64,000 nucleotides of DNA. It comes from the human T2T-CHM13v2.0 reference genome, Homo sapiens. A program made the position numbers and the translations under genes. The DNA lies in assembly GCF_009914755.1 (NCBI RefSeq), contig NC_060931.1. One strand, written 5' to 3'. A model generated the notes under the pieces. It was not told the origin of the DNA, ran no database searches, and saw only the letters and a program-made list of their open reading frames with translations. Positions 14,501-45,500 of the stretch are shown here, one piece after another. The first letter of the stretch is position 1; every line of letters starts with the position of its first letter.

Positions 14501-17500
14501 AGATGAATTCACACATCACAAGGGAGTTTCTCAGAATGCTTCTGTCTAGTTTTTATGTGGAGATATTTTCTTTTCTACCATAGGACTAAAGGAGTCCAAA
14601 TCTCCACTTGCAGATCCTACAAAAAGATTATTTCAAAATTGCTCATTCAAAAGAGAGGTTCAACTCTTTAAGATGAATGTACACATCACAAAGAAGTTTC
14701 TCAGAATGGTTCCGTCTACTTTTTCTGTGAAGGTGTTTCCTTTTCCACCATACACCTCAAATTGCTCTAAATATCCATTTTCAGATTTTCAGATTCTACA
14801 AAAAGACTGTCTCCAAACTGCTCAATCAAAAGAAAGTTTCACCTCTGCAAGAGGAAAGCACACACCACAAAGAAGCTCCTCAGAATGGTTTGTCCAGTTT
14901 TTATTTGAAGATATTTTCTATTTCCCCGGAGACCTCAAAGGGCTCACAAATTATCCATTTGCAGATTCTAGAAAAAGATGGTTTCCAAACTCCTCAATCA
15001 AAAGATAGTTTCAACTCTGTGAGATGAATGCACACATCACAAAGTAGTTTCTCAGAATGCTTCTGTCTAGTTTTTATGTGAAGATATTTCCTTTTCCACC
15101 ATAGGACACAAAGCACTCCAAATATCCATTTGCAGATTCTACAAAAGACTCTTTCCAAACTGCTCAATCAAAAGAAAATTTCAACCCTGTGGAAAGAAAG
15201 CACACATCACAAATATTTTCTCAGAATGCTTCTGTCTAGTTTTTATTTGAAGATATTTCCTGTTTCCCCAGAGGCCTCAAAGGGCTCACAAATTATCCCT
15301 TTGCAGAATCTACAAAAAAGATGGTTTCCAAACTCCTCAATCAAAAGACAGTTTCAACTCTGTGAGATGAATGCACACATCACAAAGTAGTTTCTCAGAA
15401 TGCTTCTGTCTAGTTTTTATGTGATATTTCCTTTTCCACCATAGGCCTCAGAACACTCCAAATATTCATTTCCAGATAGTCCAAAAAGACTGTTTGAAAA
15501 CTGCTCAATCAAAAGAAAGGTTCAACTCTGTGAGGTGAATGCACACATCACAAAGAAGTTTCTCAGAATGCTTCTGTCTAGTTTTTATGTGAAGGTATTT
15601 CCTTTTCCACCATAGGCCTCAAAGCACTACAAATATCTACTTGCAGATTGCACAGAAAGAGGGTTTCAAAGCTACTCGCTCGAAAGACAGGCTCAACTGT
15701 GATATGAATGCCCACATCACAAAGAAGTTTCTCAGAATGCTTCTGTCTAGTTATCATGTGAAGATATTTCCTTTTTCACCATAGTCCTCAAATCCTTCCA
15801 ATTATCCATTTGCAGATTCTCCAAAAAGAGTTTTTCCAAACTGCTCAATCAAAAGTAAGGTTCAACTCTGTGAGTTCAATGCACACATCACAAAGTAGTT
15901 TCTCAGAATGCTTCCGACTAATTTTTATATGAAGATATTTCCGTTTCCACCAGAGGCCTCAAAGTGCTTCAAATATCCAATTTCAGATTCTACAAAAAGA
16001 GTATTTCAAGACTGCTGAATCAAAAGAAAGTTTCAACTCTTTGAGATGAATGCACACATCACAGAGAAGTTTCTCAGAATGCTTCTGTCTAGTTTTTAGG
16101 CGAAGATATTTCCTTTTTTACCATAGACCTCAAAGCGCTCCAAATATCCACTTCCAGATACTACAAAAAGACTGCTTCCAAACTGCTCAATCAAAAGAAA
16201 AGTTCAACTCTGTGAGATGAAAGAAGACATCACAGAGGAGTTTCTCAGTGTGCTTAAGTCAAGTTTTAAGTGACGATATTTTGTTTTTCACCATAGGCCT
16301 CAAAGTGCTCCAAACAACCATTTGCAGATTCCGTAAAAAGACTGTTTCCAAAATGCTCAATCAAAAGAAAGTTTCAACTCTGTGTGATGAAAGCACACGT
16401 CACAAAGAAGTTTCTCAGAAATATTCTGTCTAATTTTTCTGTGAAGACATTTCTTATTTCCCATAGGCCTCAATGGGCTCACAAATCTCCCTCTGCAGAT
16501 TGTATAAAACGACTGTTTCAAAACTGCTCCATCAAAAGTAAGGTTCAACTCTGTGACATGAATGCACACATCACAAAGAAGTTTCTCAGAATGCTTCTGT
16601 CTGGGTTTTAGGTGAAGATATTTCCTTTTCCATGATAGGCCTAAAAGCACTCCAAATATCTACTTGCAGATTCTACAAAAAGACTGTTTCCAAACTGCTC
16701 AGTCATAAGAAAGTTTCAACTCTGTGAGATGAAAGCACTCATCACAAAGAGGTTTCTCAGAAAGTTACTGTCTAGTTTTTATGTGAAGATATTTCTTATT
16801 TCCCCATAGGTCTCAATGGGCTCACAAATATCCCTTTGCAGATTCTATGAAAAGACTACCTCCAAACTGCTGAATCAAAAGAAAGTTCAGGTTTGTGATA
16901 TGAATGCACACGATCCAAATAAGTTTCTCAGAAAACTTCTGGTTAGTGTTTTTGTGAAGCTATTTGCTTTTACATCATAGACCTCAAAGCACTCCAAATA
17001 TCCATTTGAAGATTCTAAAAAAAGAACCTTTCCAAACTTCTCAAGCAAAAGAAAGGTTCATTTCTGTGAGATGAATGCCCTCATCACAAAGAAGTTTCGC
17101 AGAATTATTCTGTATGGTTTTTATGTGAAGATATTGCCTTTTGCACCCCTGGCCTTAAACCTGTCCCAAATATACCAATGTAAATATTACAAACAGACTG
17201 CTTCTAAGCTGCTCCATCAAAAGAAAGGTGCAACTCTTTGAGATGAATGCACACATCACAAAGATGTTCCTCAGAATGCTTCTGTCTAGTTTTTATATGA
17301 AGATATTTCCTTTTCCATCATAGGCCTCAAAGTGCTCCAAATATCCACATGCAGATTCTATTAAAGAGTATTTTGAAACTGCTCAATCAAAAGAAAGGTT
17401 CAACTCTGTGAGATGAATGCACACATCACAAAGAAGTTTCTCAGAATGCTTCTGTCTAGTTTTTATGTGAGGATATTTCCTTTTTCGCCATAGGCCTCAA

Positions 17501-19681
17501 AGCACTACAAATATCCACTTGCAGATTCTACAAAAAGACTGTTTCCAAAATGCTCAATCAAAGAAAGTTTCAGCTCTCTGAGATGAAAGCACAAATCACA
17601 AAGAAGTTTCTCACAAATTTTCTGTCTAATTTTTATGTGAATATATTTCCTATTTCCCCATAGGCCTCAATGGGCTTACAAATATCCCATTGCAGATTCT
17701 ACAGATCGACTGTTTCCGTACTGCTCAATCAGAAGAAACTTTCAACTCTGTGATGTGAATGCACCCATCATAAAGAAGTTTCTCAGAATGTTTCTGTCTA
17801 GTATATATGTGAATATATTTCCTTTTCCACTTTAGGCCACAAAGTGCTCAAAATATACACATGCAAATTCTACAAAAAGAGGTTTCCAAAACTGCTCAAT
17901 GAAAAGAAAAGTTCAACTCTGTGGGATGAATGCTCACATCACAAAGAAGTTTTTCAGAATGCTTCTGTCTAGTTTTTATGTGAAGATATTTCCTTTTCCA
18001 CCACAGGTCTCAAACCACTCCAAATATCCACCTGCAGATTCTAAGAAAAAGAATGTTTCAAAACTGTTCAATCTAAAGAAATGTTCACCTCTGTGAGATG
18101 AATGCACATATCACAAAGAAGTTTCTCAGAATGTTTCTGTCTAGTTTTTATGTGAACATATTTCCATGTCAGCCATGTGTCTCAAAACACTCCAAATATC
18201 CACTTGTAGATACTACAAAAAGACTGTTTCAAAACTGCTCAAACAAAAGGTTCAACTCTGTGACATGAATGCACACATCACAAAGAAGTTTCTCTGAATG
18301 CTTCTGTCTAGTTTTTATGTGAAGATACTTCCTTTTTCAACTTAGGCCTCAAAGCGCTCCAAATATCCATTTGTAGATTGTACAAAAAGGCTCTTTCCAA
18401 ACCACTCAATCAAAAGAAAGTTTCAACTCAGTGAGATGAAAGCACACATCACAAAGAAGTTTCTCAGAAACTTCCTGTCCAGTTTTTATGTGAAGATATT
18501 TCATATTTCCACATAGGCCGCAATGGGATCACAAGTATCCCTTGGCAGATTCTACGAAAAGACTGTTTCCAAACTGCTCAATCAAAAGAAATTTCAGGTT
18601 TGTGAGATGAATGAACACAATCCAAATATGTTTCTCAGAAGGCTTCTGTTTAGTGTTTATGTGAAAATATTTCCTTTTTCACCGTTGGCCTCAAAGCACT
18701 CCAAATATCCATTTGCAGATTCTACAAAAAGAGTGTTTCCAAGCTGCTCAATCAAAAGAAATGTTCAACTTTGTGAGATGAATGCCCACATCACAAAGAA
18801 GTCTTTCAGAACGATTCTGTCCTGTTTTTATATGAAGATATTGCCTTTTTCATCCCTAGCCTTAATCCTGTCACAAATATCCCTCTGCAGATACTACAAA
18901 AAGACTGCTTCCAAACTGCTCCATCAAAGGAAATTTCACCTGTGTGAGATGAAAACATACATCACAAAGTAGTCTCTCAGAATGCTTTTGTTTAGTTTCT
19001 ATGTGAAGATATTTCCTTTTTCACCCCAGGCCTCAAACTGGTCACAAATATCCCTCTGCATATACCACAAAAAGAGTGTTTCCAAACTGCTCTATCAAAA
19101 GAAAAGTTCAACTCTGTGAGATGAATGCACACATCACAAATAAGTTTGTCATAATGCTTCTCTCTAGTTTTTATGTGAATATATTTCCTATTTCACCATT
19201 GGACTCAAATCGCTGCAAATATCCATTTGCAGATTCTTCAAAAACAAAGCTTCCCACCTGCTCAATCAAAAGAAATGTTCAACTCTGTGAGATGAATGCA
19301 CACATCAGAAAGAAGTTTCTCAGAATGCTTCTGTCTTGTTTTTATTTAAATATATTTCCTATTATACCGTAGGACAAAAAGGGCTCACAAATATCCCCAT
19401 GCAGATTCTATGAAAAGTCTCTTTCCAAACTGCTCAATCAAAAGAAAGATTCGAATCTGTGAGATGAATGCACACATCACAAAGAAGTTTCTCAGAATCC
19501 TTCTGTCTAGTTTTTATGTGAAGATATTTCCTTTTTCACTATAGGTCTCAAAGCGATCCAAATATAAATTTGCAGACTCTACAAGAAGATTATTTCCAAA
19601 CTGTTCAGTCAAAAGAGAGGTTCAACCCTGTGAGATGAAAGCATACATCAATAAGAAGTTTCTCAGAAAGCTTCTGTCTAG
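8522..19681 (-). repeat. Alpha satellite, monomeric, reverse orientation
   Basis: ~171-bp period of GTTCAACTCTGTGAGATGAATGCACACATCACAAAGAAGTTTCTCAGAATG, the reverse complement of the consensus. Confidence 0.98.
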
Positions 19682-36450
<16,769 letters not shown>

Positions 36451-36516
36451 GGTACCCTGAGAACCTCTGATTCAAATAAAGAACAGAGTTAATAAGAGTT
36501 TTCCTAAAAAAAAAAA
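36451..36516 (+). other. Probable L1 3' transduction: 55 bp of non-L1, non-satellite sequence plus a second poly(A)
   Basis: GGTACCCTGAGAACCTCTGATTCAAATAAAGAACAGAGTTAATAAGAGTTTTCCT lies between two A-tracts. AATAAA at 36475-36480, A11 at 36506-36516. Confidence 0.78.
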
Positions 36517-39500
36517 GAGGAGTTTCTCAGAAAGCTTCTGTCTAGTTTTTATTTGAAGGCATTTCCTATTTCACCGTAGACCTCTATGGGCTCACAAATA
36601 TCCCTTTGCAGATTATACAAAAAGACTGTTTCCAAACTGCTCCATCAAAAGAAAGGTTCACTCTGTGAGATGAAAGAACACATAACAAAGAAGTTTCTCA
36701 GAATGCTTCTGTCTAGTTTTTATGTGAAGATATTTCCTATTACACCATAGGCCTCAATTTGTTCAAAAGTATCTATTACAGATTCTACAAAAAGTCTGTT
36801 TCCAAACTGCTTAATAAAAAAAGTTTCAATCTGTGAGATGAGTACACACATCACAAAGAAGTTTCTCAGAATGCTTCTCTCTAGTTTTTATTTGAAGATA
36901 TTTCCTTCTTCACCGTAGGCCTAAAACTGCTCACATATATCCCTCTGCAGATTCCACAAAAAGACTGTTTCCAAACTGCTCAATCAAAAGAAAGTTTCAA
37001 CTCTGTGAGATGAATGCAGACATCACAAAGATGTTTCTCAGAAATCTTCTGTTTAGTTTTTATGTGACGATATTTCCTTTTTCACTATAAGCCTTAAAGC
37101 GTTCCAATATCCATTCGCAGATTCAACAAAAAGGCTGTTCCCAAACTGCTCAATCAAAAGAAAAGTTCAACTCTTGAGATGAATGCACACATCACAAAGA
37201 AGTTTATCAGAATCTTTCTGTATGGTTTTTTTGTGAAGATACTTCTTTTTCACCATCGGCCTTAATGGGATCACAAATATCCCTTTGCAGATTCTACAAA
37301 AACAGTTTCCAAACTGCTCAATCAAAAGAAAGATTCAACTCTCTGAGATGAATGCAGACATCACAAAGAAGTTTCCCAGAAAGGTTCTGTCTAGTTTTTA
37401 AGTGAAGATTTCCTTTTTCACCATAGGCCTTAAAGCACTTTGAATATCCATTCGTAGATTCCACAAAAAGACTGTTTCCAAACTGCTCAATGAAACGAAA
37501 GGTTCAACTCTGTGACATGAAAGCACACATCTCAGAGAAGTTTCTCAGAAACCTTCTGTTTAGTTTTCATGTGAAGATATTTCCTGTTTCGCCATAGACC
37601 TCAAAGGGCTCACAAATATCCCTTTGCAGATTCCACAAAAAGACTGTTTGCAAAGTGCTCAATCAAAAGGAAGGTTCAACACTGTGAGATAAATGCACAC
37701 ATCACAAAGACGTTTCTCAGAATGCCTCTGTCTAGTTTTTATGTGAAGATATTTCATTTTCACCAAAGGTCTCAAACCGCTCAGAAATATCCCTTTGCAG
37801 ATTGTACAAAAAGACCGTTTCCAAACTGCTCAATAAAGAGAAAGTTTCATCTCTGTGAGATGAATGCAAACATCACAAATAAGTTTCTCAAAAAACTTCT
37901 GTCTAGCTACTATATGAAGATATTTCCTTTTTCACCATAGGCCTCAAAGTGCTCAGAAATATCCCTTTGCAGATTCTACAAAAAGACTGTTTGCAAACTG
38001 CTCAATCAAAAGAAAGCTTCAACTCTGTTTGATGAATGCACACTTCACAAAGAAGTTTCTCAGGATGCTTCTGTCTAGTTTTTATTTAAAGATATTTCCT
38101 ATTTCACCATAGACCTCATGTGGCTCACAAATATCCCTTTGCAGATTCTGCAAAAAGACTTTTTCCAAACTGCTCAATCAAAATAAATGTTCAACACTGT
38201 GAGATGAATGCACACATCACAAATAAATTTCTCAGACAACTTCTGTCTAGTTTTTATGTGAAGATATTTCATTTTTCAACATTTGCTTCAATGAGCTTCA
38301 AACATCCCTTTGCATATTCTACAAAAACACTGTTTCCAAACGGCTCAAACAAAAGAAAAGTTCAACTCTGGGAGATGAATGCACACATCACAAAGAAGTT
38401 TCTCAGAAAGCTTCTATCTAGTTTCTATGTGAAGATATTTCCTTTTCCACCATAGGCCTCAATGCACACAAAATATGCCTTGACAGATTCTACAAAAGAC
38501 TGGTTCCAAACTGCTCAATCAAAATAAGGGTTCTACTCTGTGACGTGAATGCACACATCATAAGAAGCTTCTCAGAAAGCTTCTGTCTGGTCTTTATGTT
38601 GAGATATTTCCTTTTTCACCATTTGAATCAAAGAGCTCCATATATCTATTCACAGATTCTACATAAAGACAGTTGCAAAACTGCTCAATGAAAAGAAATT
38701 TTCAAATCTGTGAGATGAATGCACACATCACAAAGAAGCTTCTTAAAAAGCTTGTCTAGTTTTTATGTGAAGATATTTCCTTTTACACCATAGGCCTCAA
38801 ATCACTCACAAATATACCTCTGCAGATTCTACAAAAGGACTGTTTCCAAACTGCTCAATCAAAAGAAAGTTTCAACTCTGTGAGATGAATGCACATATCA
38901 CAAAGTAGTTTCTCAGGAAGCTTCTGTCTAGTTTTTATGTGAAGATATTTGCTTTTTTACCATGGGCCTCAAAGTTTTCCCACTATCCCTTTGTAGACTG
39001 TACAAAAGGACTGTTTGCAAACTGATCAATCAAAAGACAGTTTCAACTCTGTGAGATGAAAGCATACAACACAGAGAAGTTTCTTAGAAAGCTTCTTTGT
39101 AGTTTTTATGTGAAGATATTTCCTTTATCACCATAGGCCTCAAAGGGCTCATAATTATCCCTTTGAAGATTCCATAAAAAGACAGTTTCCAAACTGCTCA
39201 ATCAAAAGAAAGTTTCAACTCTGTGAGATAAGTGCACACATCACAAAGAAGTTTCTCAGAAAGCATCTGTCTAGTTTTATGTGAAGATTTTTCTTATTTA
39301 CCATAGGCTGCAAAGCACTCCAAATATGCCTTTGCAGATTCCACAAAAAGACTGTTTCCAAACTGCTCAAAGAAAAAAAAGTTCAAATCTGGGAGATGAA
39401 TGCACACGTCACAAAGAAGTTTCTTGGAAAGCTTCTGTATAGTTTTTATATTGAGAAATTTCCCTTTCCACCATGGACCTCAAAGCACTCCAAGCATCCA

Positions 39501-42500
39501 TACACAGATGCTACAAAAAGAAAGTATGCAAACTGCTCAAATAAAAGAAATGTTCAAGTCTGGAGGTGAAAGCCCACATCACAAAGGAGTTTCTGAGAAA
39601 GCTCCTGTCTAGTTTTTATGTGAATATTTTCCTTATTCAACATAGGCCTCAAAGCACTCCGTATATCCATTCGCAGATTCTACAAAAAGACTGGTTAGAA
39701 TCTGATCAATGAAAAGAAAGGTTCACCTCTGTGAGACGAATGCAGACTTCACAAAGAAATTTCTCAGAATGCTTCTGTCTATTTTTTATGTGAAGACACT
39801 TTCTTTTTAAACAGAGGCCTCAATGCATGCTAAATATCCATTTGCAGATTCTGCAAAAATACAGTTTCCACACTTCTCAATCAAAATAGATGTTCAATTC
39901 AGTGAGATAAAAGCACACATCACCAATAAGTTTCTCAGAAAGCTTCTGTCTGGTTTTTATGTGAAGATATTACCTATTTCTTTCTAGGCCTCAATGGGCT
40001 CACAAATATCCCTTTGCAGATTCTACAAAAAGACTGTTACCAATCTGCTCCATCAAAAGAATCTTTCAACTCTTTGAGATGAATGCACTCATCACAAAGA
40101 AGTTTCTCAGAATGCTTCCATCTAGTTTTTATGTGAAGACATTTCATTTTTCACCATTCTCTTTAAAGAGCTTCAAATATCCCTTTGCAGGTTCTACAGA
40201 AACACTGTTTCCAAGCATATCAATCAAAAGAAAGGTTCAACTTTGGGAGATGAATGCACACATCAGAAAGAAGTTTCTCAGAAAGCTCCTTTCTAGTTTT
40301 TATGTGAAGATGTTTCCTTTTCCACCATAGGCCTCAATGCACACCTAATATGCATTGGCAGATTCTACAAAAAGACTGTTTCCAAACTGCTTAGTTTTTA
40401 TGTTGTGATATTTCCTTTTACACCACTTGACTCAAAGCACTCCATATATCCATTGGCAGATTCTACAAAAAAACGGTTTCCAAACCACTCAATCAAAAGA
40501 AAGTTTCAACTCTGTGAGATGAAAGCACACATCACAAAGAAGTTTCTCAGAAAAATGATTTTTATTATTTATGTGAAAATATTTTCCTTTTCACCATAGG
40601 CCACCAAGGGCTCACAAGTATCCCTTTGAAGATTCTACAAAATACTGTTTCCAAACTGCTCAATCAAAAGAAAGTTTCAACTCCATGAGATGAACGCACA
40701 CATAACAAAGAAGTTTCTCGAAAAGCTGTTGTCTAGTTTTTATGTGAAGATATTTCCTTTTTCACCATAGGCCTCAAAAGGCTCACAAGTATCCCTCTGC
40801 AGAATCTGCAAAAAGCATTTTTCCAAGCTACTCAATCAAAAGAAATTTTAAGCTCTGTGAGATAAATGCACACATCACAAAGAAGTTTCTTGGAAAGCTT
40901 CTGTCTAGTTTTAATGTGAAGATATTTCCTTTTTAACCATAGGACTCAAAGCACTGCAAATATCCACTTGCAGATACTACAAAAAGGATGCTCCCAGAGT
41001 GCTCAATCAAAAGAAAGATTCAAGTCTGTGAGATAAAAGCACACAACACAAAGAAGTTTCTCTGAAAGTTTCTGTCTAGTTTTTATGTGAAGATAGTTCC
41101 TATTTCACCACAGGCCTCAAAGGGCTCACAAATATTCCTTTGCATATTCTACAAAAAGACTGTTTCCAAACTGCCCAATATAAAGAAATGCCCAACTCTG
41201 TGAGATGAATGCACACATCAAAAAGAAGTTTCTCAGAATCCTTCTGTCTAGTTTTTATGTGAAGATGTTACTTTTTCACCATGGACCTGAAAACGCTCAG
41301 AAATATCACTTTGCAGATTGTACAAAAAGACTATTTCCAAACTTCTCAATGAAAAGAAAGCTTCAACTCTGTGAGATGAAAGCACACATCCCAAACAGGT
41401 TTCTCAAAATCTTCTGTCTACTTTTTATATGAAGTTATTTCACTTTTCACCATATTCCTCAAACCTCTTACAAGTATCTCTATGCAGGTTCAACAAAAAG
41501 TCTGTTTCCAAAGTGGTGAATTAAAGGAAAGGTTAAATTCTGTGAGATGAATTCACACATCACAAAGAAGTATCTCAGAAAGCTTCTTTCTAGTATTTAT
41601 TTGAAGATATTTCCTTTTTCACTATAGGCCTCAAAGTGTTCCAAGTATCCCATTGCAGATTCTAAAAAAAAGACTTTCCAAACTGCTTATCAATTGAAAG
41701 GTTCAACTTTCTGAGATGAATGTATACATCACAAATAAGTTTCTCAGAGAGCTTCTGTCTAGTTTTTTTGAGAAATTTCTTTTTTCACCATATACCTCAA
41801 ATTGCTCCATATATCCCTTTGCAGATTCTACAAAAAGACTGTTTCCAAACTTCTCAAACATGAAAAGAAAGTACCAACTCTGGGAGACGAATGTACACAT
41901 CAAAAAGATGTTACTCAGAAAGGTTATATATACTTTTCATTTAAAGATATTTACTTTTACACCAAAGGTCTCAAATTGCTCCAAATATCCCTTTGCAGAT
42001 TCTACAAAAAGACTGTTTCCAAACATATCAAGGAAATGAAAGTTTCTACTCTGGGAGATGAAAGCACACATCACAAAGAAGTTTCTCAGAAAGCTTCTGT
42101 CTAGTTTTTATGTGAAGATATTTCCTTTTTCAACATAGGACCCAATGAGCTCCACATATCCATTGGCAGATACTAAAAAAAAGGCTGTTTCTTAACTGCT
42201 CAATGAAAAGACAGTTTGAACACTCTGAGATGAATGCACACATCACAAAAAATTTTCTTAGACAGCTTCTGTCTAGTTTTCATGTGAAGACATTTCATTT
42301 TTCACCAAACACCTCAAAGCACTCCTAATATCCCTTGTCAGATTCTACAAAAAACTGTTTCTAAACTGCTCAATCAAAAGAAAGTTTCAACACTGTGAGA
42401 TAAATGCACACATTACAAAGAATTTTCTTAGACAGATTCTGTCTACTTTTTATGCGAAGGTATTTCATTTTTCATCATATGCCTCAAAAGTCTCACAAAT

Positions 42501-45500
42501 ATTCCATTGCAGATTCTACAAAAAGACGGTTTGCAATGTGCTCAATCAAAAGAAATGTTCAACTCTGGGACATGAGTGCACACATAATGAAGAAGTTTCT
42601 CAGAACACTTCTGTCTAGTTTTTATGTCAAGATATTTCTTTTTCACCATAGGCCACAAACCGCTCAGAAATATCACTTTGAAGATTGTAAAAAAAGACTG
42701 CTTCCAAACTTCTCAATGAAAAGAAAGGTTCACCTCTGTGACATGAATGCAAAAATCATAAAGAAGTTTCTGAAAAATCTTCTGTATTGTTTTAAAATGA
42801 AGATACTTCCTTTTACACCATAGTCCTCAAACCACTCACAAATATCCCTCTGCAAATGTACAAAAGGACTGTTTCCACATGGCTCAATCAAAGGAAAGGT
42901 TCAACTCTTTGAGATGAATGCACACATCACAAAGAAATTTCTCAGAAATCTTCTGTCTCGTTTTTATGTGAAGATAATTCCTTTTTCACCATAGGTCTCA
43001 AAGCGCTCCAAATATCCATTTGCAGATCCTGCAAAAAGATGGTTTCCAAACTGCTCTATTGAAAGAAAGGTTCAACACTGTGAGATGAAAGCACACATCA
43101 CAAAGAAGTTTCTCAGAAAGCTTCTCTCTACTTTTTATGTGAAGATATTTCCTTTTTCACCATAGGCCAAAAAGGGCTCAGAAATATCCCTTTGCAGATT
43201 CTACAAAACGACTGTTTCCAAACTGCTCAATCAAAAGACAGTTTCAACTCTGTAAGATGAATGCATGCATCACAAAGAAGTTTCTCAGAATGCTTCTGTC
43301 TAGTTTTTATGTGAAGATATCTCATTTTTCACCATAAGCCTCAAAGCGCACCAAATATCCATTTGCAGGTTGTACAGAAAGACAGTTTCCAAACTGCTCA
43401 ATCAAAAGAAAGCATCATCTCTGTGAGTTGAAAGCACACATCAAAAGGAGTTTCTCAGAAAGCTTTTGTCTATTTTTTACGTGAAGACATTTCCTATTTC
43501 ACCATAGGCCTCAAATTGTTTACAAATAACCCTTTGCAGATTCTACAAAAAGACTCTTTTCAAACTTCTCAACCAAAGTAAAGTTTCAAAACTGTGAGAT
43601 GAATGCACACATCAAAAGAAATTTCTCAAAAAACTTCTGTCTAGTTTTTCTGTGAAGATATTTCCTTATTCACCATAAACCTCAAACCACTCACAAATAT
43701 CCCTCTGCAAATTGTACAAAAAGACTGTTTCCAAAGTGCTCAATCAAAAGAAAAGTTCAACTCTGTGAGATGAATGCATGCATCAAAAAGGAGTTTCTCA
43801 GAATGCTTCCATCTAGTTTTTATGTGAAGATAATTCCTTTTCACCGAAGGCCTCAAACAGCTCAGAACTATCCTTTGTCAGATTGTACAAAATGACAGTT
43901 TCCAAACTGCTTAGTCAAACGAAAGATTCAAATCTGAGAGATGAACGCACAAACCACAAAAAAGATTCTCAGAAAGCTTCTGTCTAGTTTTTATGTGAAG
44001 ATATTTCCTTTTTCACCAAAGGCCTCAAACCTCTCACAAACATCCCTCTCAGGAATCTACAAAAAGACTGTTTCCAAACTGCTCAATCAAAAGAAAGATT
44101 CAACTCTGTGTGGTGAATTCACATATCACAAAGAACTTTCACACAAACCTTCTGTCTAGTTTTTATGTGAAGATGTTAACATTTCACCACAGGCCTGAAA
44201 GTGCTCCAAATATCCATTTGTAGATCCTGCAAAAAGACTGTTTCCAAACTGCTCAATCAAAAGAAAGTTTCAATGCTGTGCATTGAAAGCACACATCCAA
44301 AGAAGTTTCTCAGAAAGCTTCTGTATAGTTTTTATGTGAAAATATGTCCTATTTCACCGTAGGCCTCAATGGGCTCACATATATCCCTTAGCAGTTTTTA
44401 CAACAAACTGTTTCCAAACTGCTCAATCTAAAGAAATTTTCAACTCTGTGAGATGAATGCACACATCCAAAGAAGTTTCTCAGAATGTTCCTGTCTAGTT
44501 TTTATGTGAAGATATTTCCATTTTCACCATAGGCCTCAAACCACTTACAAATATCCGTCTGCAAATTCTACAAAAAGACTGTTTCCAAACTGCTCAATCA
44601 AAGGATGGTTCAACTCTGTGAGGTGAATGCACACATCACAAAGAAGTTCCTCAGAATACTTCTGTCTAGTTTTTATGTGAAGATATTTCTTTTTCACCAT
44701 AGGCCTCAAATGACTCAGAAATATCCCTTAGCAGATTATATAAAAAGAGTGCTTCCAAATTGCTCAATGAAAAGAAAGGTTCAACTATGTGAGATGAATG
44801 TCAACATCACAAAAATGTTTCTCCTAAAGAGTCTGTGAAGTTTTTATGTGAAGATGTTTGCTTTTTCACCATAAGTCTCAAACCGCTCACAAATATTCCT
44901 CAGCAAATTCTACAAACAGAGCATGTCCCAGCTGCTCAATCAAAAGAAAGGTTCAACACTGTGAGATAAATGCACGCATCACAAAGAACTTTCTCAGAAA
45001 TCTTCTGTTTAGTTTTCATGTGAAGATATTTCCTTTTTCACCGTGGACCTCAAAGTGCTATAAATATCCATTTGCAGTTCCTACAAAAAGACTGTTTCCA
45101 AACTGCTCATTCACAAGAAAATTTTGACTCTGTGAGATGAAAGCACACATCACAAGGAAGTTTCTCAGAAAGCTTCTGTCTCGTTTTTATTGGAAGATAT
45201 TTCCTTTTTCACCATAGCCCTCAAAGCGCTCTAAATATTCATTTGGAGATTCTACAAAAGGATGGTTTCCAATCTGCTCTATCAAAAAAAGTTTAAACTC
45301 TGTAGGGTTAAAGCACAGATGAAAAATGAATTTCTCAAAAATCTTCTTCTAGTTTTTTTTTGAAGATATTTCCTTTTTCACCATATGTCTCAAATCCCTC
45401 CAAATATTCCTTGGCAGATTATACAAAAATACTGTTTCCAAACTGCTTAATGAAAAGAAATTTTCAACTCTCTCAGATGAATGCACACAGCATAAAGAAG

